DNA of 57,047 bases from a virus (lineage: Duplodnaviria > Caudoviricetes): IMG/VR virus record IMGVR_UViG_3300021077_000161, positions 1 through 57,047 of that record. One strand, written 5' to 3'. The notes beneath the pieces are model-generated. The model saw only the letters and a program-made list of their open reading frames with translations, ran no database searches and was not told where the DNA came from. Below, piece after piece: positions 1 to 8,974 of the stretch (positions are counted from its first letter, which is position 1; each line of letters opens with the position of its first letter). Both the position numbers and the translations under genes were made by a program.

Positions 1-273
1 AATGCTTGGGCCTTTGAGAACGCTCGGGTCTCTGATAACGCTCGGGTCTATGGGGATGCTTCGGTCTGTGGGGAGGCTCAGGTCTATGATAATGCTTCGG
101 TATCTGGGTATGTCGTAGTCAAAGATCAAACCCACCTAACCGAAGGGAACCATAGTGGTGAAGTTAGTAAAGAAAACCAAGCAGCCCCAACTGAAGAAGT
201 TGTCAAGTTGCGTCAAGAAGTTGTAGAACTAAAAGCTAAACTAAAGAAACTGTCGGATATTGTTAACAATTAA
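1..273 (+). CDS. Hexapeptide-repeat (left-handed beta-helix-like) phage protein, 5'-truncated, with C-terminal coiled coil
   Basis: Frame 1 open from window edge to TAA 271-273: NARVSD/NARVYG/DASVCG/EAQVYD repeats; DNA paralog of 40002-40349 and 56680-57047. Confidence 0.75.
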   Translation, partial: NAWAFENARVSDNARVYGDASVCGEAQVYDNASVSGYVVVKDQTHLTEGNHSGEVSKENQAAPTEEVVKLRQEVVELKAKLKKLSDIVNN

Positions 274-416
274 GGAGAAAAATGGGAAAACGAGTTCGTT
301 AAGTCAACTTAAGAGAAATGACAAGGTGCGTAAATTTCCAGAACTTACGAAACCTCTGACAAAGGAAGATAAAGAAGCCCTGGATGTTTTACTAAAAACA
401 ATCCATCTAACTACAA

Positions 417-632
417 TTGATAACTAAGGAAAACATGTCAAGAATTTCTGTGAAAGATGTGGAAAAACGAGAAGAAGAGTCTTTGGTTGCGTTTAGGAGC
501 GGCTCTAGTGTACGAAAGGTCAATGAAGCGCTTAAGCTGAAGTATGGGAAGACAATGTCTCTAAAGAGGTTATATGAATTAAAGAAAATGATTGATAGCG
601 AAAATTCAGAGGAACCAAAGGTGGAACAATGA
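417..632 (+). CDS. Small hypothetical protein (likely start ATG 435)
   Basis: ORF; AAGGA upstream of ATG 435; stop overlaps next start. Confidence 0.55.
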   Translation: MITKENMSRISVKDVEKREEESLVAFRSGSSVRKVNEALKLKYGKTMSLKRLYELKKMIDSENSEEPKVEQ

Positions 633-883
633 AAATGAAAAATGTAATTGTCCTGTGCGTCTTAGCGGCTATTTTGAATCTTGGGTGCGGCGAGCCAAGG
701 GTACTTGATGGAAAATATTTTCCTACCTATGGGCTTTTGAATAAGGAAGACAATAAAGATTCAACCGTTCAATATGAGGTTTCTTCTGGTAATATTTTCT
801 GGGCTGTTGTTCTTTCGGAAACTGTAGTTGCCCCGATTTATTTTCTTGGGTTTTCAATGTATAACCCAATCACTAAGAAGTAG
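629..883 (+). CDS. Putative lipoprotein/membrane protein
   Basis: Basic N-terminus, hydrophobic stretch, lipobox-like LGC; hydrophobic C-terminal segment. Confidence 0.6.
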   Translation: MKMKNVIVLCVLAAILNLGCGEPRVLDGKYFPTYGLLNKEDNKDSTVQYEVSSGNIFWAVVLSETVVAPIYFLGFSMYNPITKK

Positions 884-897
884 CTTATACTAAGCAT

Positions 898-1011
898 GCG
901 GCAGTGGCGAAAGTTATACGCAGCGTCCTTTAGGGGCGCTGGTAGACGGTAAGGAATACTAGTCAACTTCCGGGAAGATCTATCATGTAGGTTCGTATCC
1001 TACCTGCCGCA
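898..1011 (+). tRNA. Atypical tRNA-like gene: Leu-type body, anticodon TTA by stem register, 46-nt branched variable arm
   Basis: Acceptor GCGGCAG/CTGCCGC+A; D stem GCG/CGC; anticodon stem GCGTC/GGCGC with loop CTTTAGG; T arm GTAGG-TTCGTAT-CCTAC; no encoded CCA. Confidence 0.7.
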
Positions 1012-1015
1012 CTGT

Positions 1016-1184
1016 GCTGAAACCCGAAGATACCGCTATTAGTTGCTAGCAAACTAATAATAGTTAAGAGGGACTTTTGTCTTAATAACTGCTTTAGTAT
1101 TGACAGGCCCAAGAAATTGGTAGTATCCAATCAAGAAACAGCAGGTAAACAACAAATTTGTAGGTGCAATTCCTACTTTCAGGA
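1016..1184 (+). ncRNA. Putative tRNA-like structured RNA (acceptor + T arm closing a ~135-nt structured insert)
   Basis: CTGAAA 1017-1022 pairs with TTTCAG 1177-1182 directly after hairpin GTAGG-TGCAATT-CCTAC; internal hairpins TATTAGTT/AACTAATA and TTGG/CCAA; no ORF in the track. Confidence 0.4.
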
Positions 1185-1207
1185 TTTTAAAAACAAAGGA
1201 GAATGTT

Positions 1208-1432
1208 ATGAAGAAAAGGCCGTATTGGATCATTGATTTTGACTATAATGTTCATTGGTGGGTGGATTCAGCAATTAACGCCAATGATGCGTTGTTGCAA
1301 TATTTAACTGAGCGTAACTTAAACGGAGATAAGGGAAGTACGACAATTCAGGTGGTTCCTGTGTCAAAATATTATGAGTTTTCTGTAGAGACCTTTCCTA
1401 AGGTTAAGATTGAGGAAAACGAAGTTGGTTAA
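1208..1432 (+). CDS. Hypothetical protein
   Basis: ORF with AAGGAG RBS. Confidence 0.6.
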   Translation: MKKRPYWIIDFDYNVHWWVDSAINANDALLQYLTERNLNGDKGSTTIQVVPVSKYYEFSVETFPKVKIEENEVG

Positions 1433-1877
1433 GTCTAAATTAACAAATAATCCTGTAGATCATCCTTCTCATTACACTACACACCCATCTGGCATTGAGG
1501 CAATTGAGGTGTGTGGTAGAATGGGTTTTTGCACGGGAAATGCCTTTAAATATGTTTTTCGCTTTAAAAATAAATGGAGCCCCCTAGAGGACCTAAAAAA
1601 AGCGATCTGGTACATAGACAGAGAGGCTTTTCAACGGGGAGTAAGCACAAAAGACAAACCTACTGTCTCGTCAAGAGTCTTAGCCGCCCATTGGAGAGTC
1701 GAAAGGGTCAAGACCGGAGAACTTATTGATAGAATTGTAGGGAGTCGGCCTGGAAACGCTGAGAAAGCTTTGTTTTATATATGGCTAGCAGATAATAATT
1801 CTGAAAATGGAACATTCCTTTTGTTAGCTAGAGCACACATTAATAAAAAAATTCTTGAATTAAAGAAGGTAAAATGA
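1410..1877 (+). CDS. DUF3310 (SaV-like) domain protein
   Basis: VDHPSHYT..GIEAIEV..GFCTGNAFKY..R..K..EDLKKAIWYI signature. Confidence 0.85.
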   Translation: MRKTKLVKSKLTNNPVDHPSHYTTHPSGIEAIEVCGRMGFCTGNAFKYVFRFKNKWSPLEDLKKAIWYIDREAFQRGVSTKDKPTVSSRVLAAHWRVERVKTGELIDRIVGSRPGNAEKALFYIWLADNNSENGTFLLLARAHINKKILELKKVK

Positions 1878-3085
1878 CCCAAAAATTCCCTATTTTATAT
1901 AAAAAGACTAATCTCGGAGCAATGCAGCAATGGAGAGTCTGGGTAGAAGAAGCTACAATTCATACCGAGTTTGGCCAAGTTAACGGAAAGCTACAAACAA
2001 CAAAGGATACAATTTTAGAGGGGAAGAACGCTGGTAAGGCCAACGAAACGACTGTAATTGATCAAGCAGAAAAAGAGGCCGCTAGCAAGTTCCAAAAACA
2101 GCTTAAAAAGGGGTATTGCACATCGGAAGAGGATGCCTTAGCCAATAAAACGGATGCCGTTATTGAAGGTGGTATTTTTCCAATGCTTTCAATAAACAAA
2201 AGCCACCCCAAAGACCCTATCTTAAACAAATATTTAAAGTTTCCTTGTATCGTTCAAGCAAAACTGGACGGAGTATGCTGCATTGCAATGATTAAAGATG
2301 GTAAAGCTACTCTTTGGAGTCGTACTAGAAAATCTATTAAATCAATGCCGCATATTGTTGAAATTTTAGAAAGCAAATTCGGGGATAGGGGATACTTAGT
2401 TTTACACGGAGAGTTATACAACCACGATTACTGTGATCGTTTCCAAGATCTGATTTCAATTATTAGAAGCGACGAACCAGACGAAGAGGGGCTTTACAAA
2501 GAAGTTCAGTTTCATGTTTATGACTGTCCACAATCAGAAGAATTCAACATCGCCTATGAATCACCATATGAAGACAGATATCATGCCTACAGAACTCTGC
2601 TTGGTAAAACTGACAAGGGCAGTGTTTTACAATCAGTAAAAGGGTATTGGTGTGACAATCTACAAGAGCTTTTAACTTATTATGAAGGGTTTCTTTTAGA
2701 TGGGTACGAAGGGAGCATGGCAAAGAATGCTAGGGCTCCTTATGAAGCTGGGAAGAGAAGCTCAAACATTCTTAAGATGAAAGAATTTCAGGATGGCGAG
2801 GCTCTTATTGCAGGTATGGAAGTTGGTCGTGGTAAAGAATGTAACGCAGCGGCAAAGTTTGTTGTGCAATACAGTGTTGTTGATGGTGTCTGCGTTCCTC
2901 CAGCACAAGGCAAGGTTGTATATGAAGCAAAGCCTAGAATGAAATGTTCTTTTAAAGACAAGGTTCGGTATCTTAAAGAAAAAGATGCAATTGTTGGGAA
3001 AATAATCACCTTGGTGTTCAAGAGGTTTACTGACGACAACTCACTTTATATTCCTACAGGAAAAAGCATACGAGACTATGAGTAA
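1874..3085 (+). CDS. lig: ATP-dependent DNA ligase with N-terminal WGR-like domain
   Basis: KLDG adenylation motif, GELY, FHVYD, EGSM, KRSSNILKMK; C-terminal OB fold. Confidence 0.9.
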   Translation: MTQKFPILYKKTNLGAMQQWRVWVEEATIHTEFGQVNGKLQTTKDTILEGKNAGKANETTVIDQAEKEAASKFQKQLKKGYCTSEEDALANKTDAVIEGGIFPMLSINKSHPKDPILNKYLKFPCIVQAKLDGVCCIAMIKDGKATLWSRTRKSIKSMPHIVEILESKFGDRGYLVLHGELYNHDYCDRFQDLISIIRSDEPDEEGLYKEVQFHVYDCPQSEEFNIAYESPYEDRYHAYRTLLGKTDKGSVLQSVKGYWCDNLQELLTYYEGFLLDGYEGSMAKNARAPYEAGKRSSNILKMKEFQDGEALIAGMEVGRGKECNAAAKFVVQYSVVDGVCVPPAQGKVVYEAKPRMKCSFKDKVRYLKEKDAIVGKIITLVFKRFTDDNSLYIPTGKSIRDYE

Positions 3086-3086
3086 C

Positions 3087-3115
3087 TTGACAAATGATTG
3101 AGTTAGGAGCACAAT
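3087..3115 (+). promoter_or_regulatory. Sigma70-like promoter, near-leaderless start at 3122
   Basis: TTGACA-N17-CACAAT; ATG 6 nt downstream without SD. Confidence 0.55.
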
Positions 3116-3121
3116 ATCTAT

Positions 3122-3535
3122 ATGCCACTATCGAAAGGTAAACGACTAGCTATTTTGAAGGCAAGCGAGCTTAAAAGCCAAGAAATTTCTTCATCAGAAG
3201 ATGCTCAAAACTTTCAAAAAGATTACAACGAAATAATTACAGAATTAAACGAAAAGATTGAAAATAGGCTAGACAGTTTTACAAGCGAAGCAATTCCTAT
3301 TTTGAGAGAGGCATATCCATCGCGCCCTAGTGGGATTTTAGTAGTAATAAAAGAAGAAGTAGACAGAATTAGAGGACTTGCTCAAGAAGCAATGACTAAT
3401 TTAGAAGTAATCAAATACGCTCCTTTTAGGCAATGTGCGTCAGAGTGTATAAAAGATATTGTTGATATTTGTACTGAATCTATAATTAAACAATGCATAA
3501 AAGCAGATCTTAGAGCTGGAGTTAAGCAACAATGA
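3122..3535 (+). CDS. Hypothetical helical protein
   Basis: 137-aa ORF after promoter. Confidence 0.6.
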   Translation: MPLSKGKRLAILKASELKSQEISSSEDAQNFQKDYNEIITELNEKIENRLDSFTSEAIPILREAYPSRPSGILVVIKEEVDRIRGLAQEAMTNLEVIKYAPFRQCASECIKDIVDICTESIIKQCIKADLRAGVKQQ

Positions 3536-4017
3536 CACAATACAGAGCTTTAGGCAATGAAGAACTCTTAAGGGACGGAGATGAGTGTCGTTATCTTTCA
3601 AAAACAGAGTGGAAAAAGGTAGATCTATGGCCAACAGAAGAGCGAACTCCCCGATCCTTACCAGAATACTCTTTTCGTCGCAGAATTCACAGAAAAGGAT
3701 CGGCTAAGAAGAAAGAGATTGAGAAAGTTCTTTCAGTTGACGGATATCGACTGCTTGATATTGGAGAAGAAATCAAAGAAGGTGATGAGTGGAGCAATCA
3801 TAATGGCAAAATATGGGATTTAACTGTCCTTGCTGGAGATAAATACAAGAGATTTCCTAATCAAATTTATCGTCGCAAGATGGATTCCTCAGAAGGACTT
3901 ACGTTCCTGAATGAACTAAAAACCTTGATTGAAAAATATAAAGACACTCCAGAAGTAGTTGCCCCTCTGTATAAACAATTGGTTGCGACCCTTACCCTTG
4001 TTGGTGAAAATGTCTAA
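3532..4017 (+). CDS. Protein with two copies of the dispersed YRxLxxGExIxxGD..W..YRR domain
   Basis: YRALGNEELLRDGDE..W..FRRR and YRLLDIGEEIKEGDE..W..YRRK. Confidence 0.7.
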   Translation: MTQYRALGNEELLRDGDECRYLSKTEWKKVDLWPTEERTPRSLPEYSFRRRIHRKGSAKKKEIEKVLSVDGYRLLDIGEEIKEGDEWSNHNGKIWDLTVLAGDKYKRFPNQIYRRKMDSSEGLTFLNELKTLIEKYKDTPEVVAPLYKQLVATLTLVGENV

Positions 4018-4408
4018 ACGAAGTAGAACAAGGCCCGGCCATTCAAATCCTACTACAGAAAGAAGGCGAAGGACAATTAGGTCTTGGCGTGTGTTGGACA
4101 ACCCATATACCAATAAAATGGAAGCTAGGGATGTTCTATTGCTTGCGGCTATTGACGCTTTAAGACTTAACTACAGTTTTAAAGAAATAGAAAGGGTAGC
4201 TAAGCTCTGCCCTAATGTCACCCAAGCAAAATGGTATCAAACGGCTGGGCCATCTACAATTGCCTTGATAATTAAAGGCAAAGACGGCAAAGCTCCTGGC
4301 AATGGAACGATTTTTTATTGTGGTTCTTATGTAAAGAACGGTCTGCCTGCTGGCGTAACTTTACGTGTCGCTGGGAGTCTTAGCTCTAAGGCTTTTCAAA
4401 CGTTCTAG
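3959..4408 (+). CDS. Hypothetical basic protein (likely start 4010)
   Basis: ORF overlapping previous stop. Confidence 0.5.
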   Translation: MPLCINNWLRPLPLLVKMSKRSRTRPGHSNPTTERRRRTIRSWRVLDNPYTNKMEARDVLLLAAIDALRLNYSFKEIERVAKLCPNVTQAKWYQTAGPSTIALIIKGKDGKAPGNGTIFYCGSYVKNGLPAGVTLRVAGSLSSKAFQTF

Positions 4409-4846
4409 CAACTGAAGCGTTTTGTTTTCAGGAGGGGCTTCTGTCCCTGGAATCTCTACTTTAGGAACAAAGAATCCGTCGGCTTGGTGGGCTTTGAAAC
4501 TGTAGGGGTTCTTTTCAATGTTTTTAGCTCTATCCAATATTTCTTTGGAAGGGGTATCTGTTGGATTTAACCCTAAGTGTTTTACTGCTAAAGAATATGC
4601 CTGTCCATGTCTTTTAGCAGCTGGTTCGTGGCCGGTCGCTGTTGATGCGCGCATACCTAATAGATGATGTGCTGCACTGTCAATTGCATGATTTTTTAAA
4701 TAATCCTTATGAGCTTCCGATTCAGCCTGTTCTTTAGATAAACCGCCTCGAAACTCCTTGACACTACTGTTAGTATCTAATAAGTCATGGTCTTCTAAAG
4801 CAAGTACGGGATATGTGTTTCGCCATTTAGGAGTTTTATCGTCCAT
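4361..4846 (-). CDS. Hypothetical protein (late cluster)
   Basis: 161-aa ORF coupled to upstream gene. Confidence 0.65.
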   Translation of the reverse strand: MDDKTPKWRNTYPVLALEDHDLLDTNSSVKEFRGGLSKEQAESEAHKDYLKNHAIDSAAHHLLGMRASTATGHEPAAKRHGQAYSLAVKHLGLNPTDTPSKEILDRAKNIEKNPYSFKAHQADGFFVPKVEIPGTEAPPENKTLQLLERLKSLRAKTPSDT

Positions 4847-5594
4847 TTTTAAACACTTCCACCAAGGTCAAATAGGCCTCTTGATCCCAGGTGTCATCGA
4901 ATGTAAGTTGCAGTGAGTCATTTAGAACATTTGTCTTTACGTTTTTTGCTAAGGGCTTGAAACAAATGCAGCCGATAAAGGTATTGCTAAAAAACATTTC
5001 CTGTCCACAAACCCCACACTTTTTTTGGCTTTCAGATTTTGTTATTTTAAGTGGCTTTGGGACTTGGTCAAAAGGCTTTTTTACTTTAGGGATTTTAAGT
5101 GGTTTTTTAGACTTTGTTTGAACTCGATTTGGTTCAGTTGCTGTTGGCGCTATTGGTTCATCAGGTTGAATGTTTGATGCGGTAGAGGTACGTTCATATT
5201 GATTAGCTGGAGCCTTTGGAGCCATTTTAACCAAAGCGTCAATGCTTTTAGCTAACTTGGCTAAATCAATGTCTTTAGTACCAGCTAGATCTATTTTTTG
5301 GTTTGACGCAACTGCAACTATTGCCGCAACATGTTCTTCTGTAGAGTTGTCAAATGAATAATTAAACCCATCAATATCCGCTACCCCAGAATACCCATAC
5401 CCACTTTTTGTTAACTTGCTTAAAGGACAAGGGCTAGGTGTTTTAATTTCTCCATAGTTCGATTGCCTAAGCCAACTTACAACAACCCTAGGGAAAACAT
5501 AGCTCCCCAAACTTTCACTTGATTTAACAAAGGTTTCCATGACAGAATACCCATGGACTCCTAGTATGTTTGCAAAAAATTTGGGAAGCATCAA
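4836..5594 (-). CDS. Hypothetical protein with C-terminal Cys cluster (CGVC..CIC)
   Basis: 252-aa ORF in operon downstream of AACAATCT motif. Confidence 0.65.
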   Translation of the reverse strand: MMLPKFFANILGVHGYSVMETFVKSSESLGSYVFPRVVVSWLRQSNYGEIKTPSPCPLSKLTKSGYGYSGVADIDGFNYSFDNSTEEHVAAIVAVASNQKIDLAGTKDIDLAKLAKSIDALVKMAPKAPANQYERTSTASNIQPDEPIAPTATEPNRVQTKSKKPLKIPKVKKPFDQVPKPLKITKSESQKKCGVCGQEMFFSNTFIGCICFKPLAKNVKTNVLNDSLQLTFDDTWDQEAYLTLVEVFKNGR

Positions 5595-6092
5595 TTACTT
5601 TAGAATTAGAACGCTAACTACACCAACGATTACTCCAATAGCAACTAAAACAATTGCAGAAATCACAGGATGATCCTTGACTTCTTTTTGTTCTAATGCT
5701 ACAACTTTGTCGGCCTCTTTTTCTACAAATTTAACAACTTCTTTTACTTCACCTTCTGATACTTCAGCGAGTTTGCTAATAACAAGTTTAGTTTCAGCGG
5801 CTTTTTGCTCAAGTTCTTTTTCTAACTCGGCTTTAATTTCTTTAACTTTGCTTCTTGCGTCACTAAGGGCTTTTTCAGCGATTTTAACGCTTTGAATCGC
5901 AATTTCAGAATTTAAAAGCTTTTCAACTTCATTTATAGAAATTTTTTCAATTTTCACAGTAGTTTGTTCAACCGCTTTGGCCGCTGTTTCAACGCCTTGC
6001 GCTACCGTTTCTGCAACTTTTACGGTTTCTTGAGACACATCTTTTGCCATCGTCTCAACACTTTGGGTTACTGTTTCTACAATTTCAGACAT
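5595..6092 (-). CDS. Coiled-coil protein with C-terminal membrane anchor
   Basis: E/K/V/A-rich helices; terminal hydrophobic helix; GGAGG RBS. Confidence 0.7.
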   Translation of the reverse strand: MSEIVETVTQSVETMAKDVSQETVKVAETVAQGVETAAKAVEQTTVKIEKISINEVEKLLNSEIAIQSVKIAEKALSDARSKVKEIKAELEKELEQKAAETKLVISKLAEVSEGEVKEVVKFVEKEADKVVALEQKEVKDHPVISAIVLVAIGVIVGVVSVLILK

Positions 6093-6120
6093 TTTGCTTC
6101 CTCCATTAGGTATAAAATAT

Positions 6121-6157
6121 AGATTGTTGTTGACAGACGTTTCGTTTATGGTATATT
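6121..6157. promoter_or_regulatory. Back-to-back promoter: putative late motif AACAATCT (minus) abutting sigma70 -35 TTGACA (plus)
   Basis: AGATTGTTGTTGACA followed by TGGTATATT; similar arrangement at 8178, 10711, 20058, 51278. Confidence 0.65.
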
Positions 6158-6180
6158 AGTTTTAACAAACAGGAGAAAAC

Positions 6181-6975
6181 ATGAGTGTAAATATCAAAGA
6201 GAAAACACATACTTATTGCGATCTTAATACAGGGATGACAATCACAGAAAAATTGCCTCCAGGAAGATTTCTTGAGCTAGGAGAAAAGCTTGAAAAAGGA
6301 GACCTTGCTTTAAACGACTATGAGAAGTCGTTTAAAACCCGAACTCTTCCAGGATCTCCAAGCGGAGGAGCTAAAAATTACTATCGCCCTTACCCCAAAG
6401 ACCATGTAGGAGTCGGATACCGTCTTATTGAAGATGGAGAGATTTTTCAAACAGGAGACGAGTGTTGTTCGCCACCAAACACAGTGTGGACTTCTTGTAA
6501 CTATATGAATGGATACGAAAAGGATGGCCTTGCCTGCCTTTATCGTCGTAAGATTGATCAGCCAGTAATAAATAAACGAACCTATTTTGTAACCGAGACG
6601 ATTACTAAAGAGGTTGAAGAGGTTTTATCTCCCGGCAGATATCTTGTCCCAGGAGATGTTCTTCGATCTGGAGACCTTTATGTTGCAGACAAAAACATGA
6701 AAGCAACTCCGGTTGTTGATTTCAATTTTGGGCTCAAGGTCAGTACAGGGCAATACGATATTAACGCATGGTATCGTCCAACCCCAGTAGAGCCACCTAA
6801 ATCTATCAAAACTAAGGCTAAAGCTAAGAAGACTTACAGTATTTTAAAGTGGGGGACAGCTCTTCAAAAAGGAGATCAGGTCTACAATTCAAAAACTAGA
6901 GGGTGGTCTAATATTTCGTATGGCATTATTGGCTGGATTTACTATACAGGAAAGTATCGCCGCCCAACTACTTAG
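6181..6975 (+). CDS. Protein of four tandem YRxLxxGExIxxGD..YRR domains
   Basis: RFLELGEKLEKGD, YRLIEDGEIFQTGD, RYLVPGDVLRSGD, YSILKWGTALQKGD, each ending YR(P/R). Confidence 0.75.
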   Translation: MSVNIKEKTHTYCDLNTGMTITEKLPPGRFLELGEKLEKGDLALNDYEKSFKTRTLPGSPSGGAKNYYRPYPKDHVGVGYRLIEDGEIFQTGDECCSPPNTVWTSCNYMNGYEKDGLACLYRRKIDQPVINKRTYFVTETITKEVEEVLSPGRYLVPGDVLRSGDLYVADKNMKATPVVDFNFGLKVSTGQYDINAWYRPTPVEPPKSIKTKAKAKKTYSILKWGTALQKGDQVYNSKTRGWSNISYGIIGWIYYTGKYRRPTT

Positions 6976-7795
6976 CTGTAAATTGACCGTCGGCAGGCCC
7001 CTCTTCAGAAGCCCTTGATCCAGAATCAGCTGCTTCGCTTTCAAAATAGTATTCACGATTTATCAAAGCTGACTGAGGGGCTTGCCGCATAGTTGTAATC
7101 CCTGTCACAAAGTTTTCTTGCTGTACCATCCTGATTTCATGAATTAATCGAACAACTATCCAGTAGGGTCTATAAACATAACGCATTGCATAGACACAGC
7201 CTTTTCCCGTATCTATTTCCTGTCCAGGTCTACGGTCTTTCCAAATGATCTGCCCACTTAAACCTATGTCAAAATCCTCAGATTGATGATATTCTAGTCC
7301 TTTAGAGTCAATGCAATCTAAGACTTCTACCACTGGGAATTTAGGTCTATCAATACCTGTAGGAGAGGCTTCGATTAGTTCGTGCCTAGTTACTAAAACT
7401 GATTCTTCTTTGAGCATCAGTTTATCATAAGGAGCTAAAAAGACTCTTTTCCCTGTATCCATATAAGTAATTAAAGGAGTAAATTGTGCAGTGCTTGAGT
7501 CTACCAAACCAGCGTCAGAAGCTTTTGTTTCTTTAGTGTTTCCAAGACAAAGCGCTTTTACAACCCCCGCTTTTGTATACACCATCCCATTGGTAGCTTT
7601 TGGTGTATCAGGGTTTGGTCGACGTGCGTCATGTTTTTCTATTAAACCAATCGGGTTACGCATTGCGCGATAGTGATAGAAAAATAACCCATGAGCTTTG
7701 ATAGCATCCTCAAATGCATCTAAATCAAAGGTTACACTTGTAGCTGTAGGAAAAAGTATGGGCTGAACTCTTGGATCAAGACCTGGGTTTGACAT
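6968..7795 (-). CDS. Putative virion neck/head-closure protein
   Basis: Late-motif operon; beta-rich pattern with YAMRYVYRPYWIVVRLIHEIR recalling large-myovirus neck proteins (recognition only). Confidence 0.5.
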   Translation of the reverse strand: MSNPGLDPRVQPILFPTATSVTFDLDAFEDAIKAHGLFFYHYRAMRNPIGLIEKHDARRPNPDTPKATNGMVYTKAGVVKALCLGNTKETKASDAGLVDSSTAQFTPLITYMDTGKRVFLAPYDKLMLKEESVLVTRHELIEASPTGIDRPKFPVVEVLDCIDSKGLEYHQSEDFDIGLSGQIIWKDRRPGQEIDTGKGCVYAMRYVYRPYWIVVRLIHEIRMVQQENFVTGITTMRQAPQSALINREYYFESEAADSGSRASEEGPADGQFTAK

Positions 7796-8100
7796 TAACT
7801 TAATTTCTTTTGGGCTCTATCGACTACTTCAATCCAAAAAGGCAAAATGTCTTCTACGTCTCTAGGATCCACTTCGGCATGCTTCTCTAGAACTGACCAC
7901 TCGATATCTGGGTGCATTCTGCTGGCTGTCATCTTTGCTACAGCGCGGTGCGATCCGGCACCGATTACCTGTTTGCTTCCATCTTCAGAATGTGCCTCAA
8001 CTAAGTGCAGCCCACCAATAGTTCCGCACCCGTACAGTGTTTTTTTGCCCCATTTACCAATAATTGACTTATAGCAAAGTTCATCGGCTGGTATAATCAT
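7795..8100 (-). CDS. Hypothetical protein
   Basis: ORF with AGGA RBS, coupled to next gene. Confidence 0.6.
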   Translation of the reverse strand: MIIPADELCYKSIIGKWGKKTLYGCGTIGGLHLVEAHSEDGSKQVIGAGSHRAVAKMTASRMHPDIEWSVLEKHAEVDPRDVEDILPFWIEVVDRAQKKLS

Positions 8101-8236
8101 CTTGCAATCCTATTTGTGTCCTTGGAAATATTTTAAGCGTCTTTAACGCAATTAGTCTTTATAAACCTATATTTAATAGATTGTTGTTGACTTCTCCTTT
8201 ATTCATGATAAAGTCTTATCTAAAGGAGCAAAAACA

Positions 8237-8644
8237 ATGACAAAAATCTTCTTCATCTTTATTATTCTTTCAGGATGTTCAAACACGGCTTTCGTAGTAA
8301 AAGAGCCTATAGCTAGTTCTCCGTACAGGTGGAGAGATATAAGGTCTAAGGGAATGCTTGGAGACGACTTGCTGTTGTCGGTTGGCAGCCCTGTTGGTGT
8401 TTGTAACACTGCAGAATGTTACAGAAAGGTGTACAAGGAGCAATCCGCAAAAAACAAAAAAGCAAGTAAAGATCCATTTGAGGACTTTTCTCATAACGAT
8501 CTTGTTCTTGATGAGGCTTTTAGATCTGCAAACAAGGCGTCTAAAAAGAAAACTTTGGTATTTCCAGATGATGGACTTGAGGATCAGCTTCTGTTTGAAA
8601 ACATAGCTGGGCAGTTGGATCTTAGCCCCCTGGTTAAACCATAG
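8237..8644 (+). CDS. Putative lipoprotein
   Basis: MTKIFFIFIILSGC lipobox; AAGGAG RBS. Confidence 0.6.
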   Translation: MTKIFFIFIILSGCSNTAFVVKEPIASSPYRWRDIRSKGMLGDDLLLSVGSPVGVCNTAECYRKVYKEQSAKNKKASKDPFEDFSHNDLVLDEAFRSANKASKKKTLVFPDDGLEDQLLFENIAGQLDLSPLVKP

Positions 8645-8653
8645 TCTTTTAGA

Positions 8654-8974
8654 ATGCTCTCACCTAGAAAAAGAAACTATCACGCTGAGTGGCTGAAGAC
8701 AAAATCTAGGCTTAACGTAAGGCGCAATTTTCTTATTATCAAGCTTGGTGGGCAATGTCGGCTTTGTAGATCTACTAAAAATCTAGAGCTAGACCATCCT
8801 GACGGAAAGAACTGGGAGGCAAGGAAGTTTAGTCCACAAATGAGAATGAAACGGTACGAAGAAGATTATGAAAACGGTCAATTAGATTTGCTGTGCAAGA
8901 GCTGTAATTGTAGAGACGGTGCGTTAAACAAAGATTTTTATGGCGCAGTAAGACATAATAAAGCTCCGTTTTGA
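8654..8974 (+). CDS. Small HNH endonuclease-like protein
   Basis: CRLC..LELDH..LLCKSCN. Confidence 0.75.
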   Translation: MLSPRKRNYHAEWLKTKSRLNVRRNFLIIKLGGQCRLCRSTKNLELDHPDGKNWEARKFSPQMRMKRYEEDYENGQLDLLCKSCNCRDGALNKDFYGAVRHNKAPF

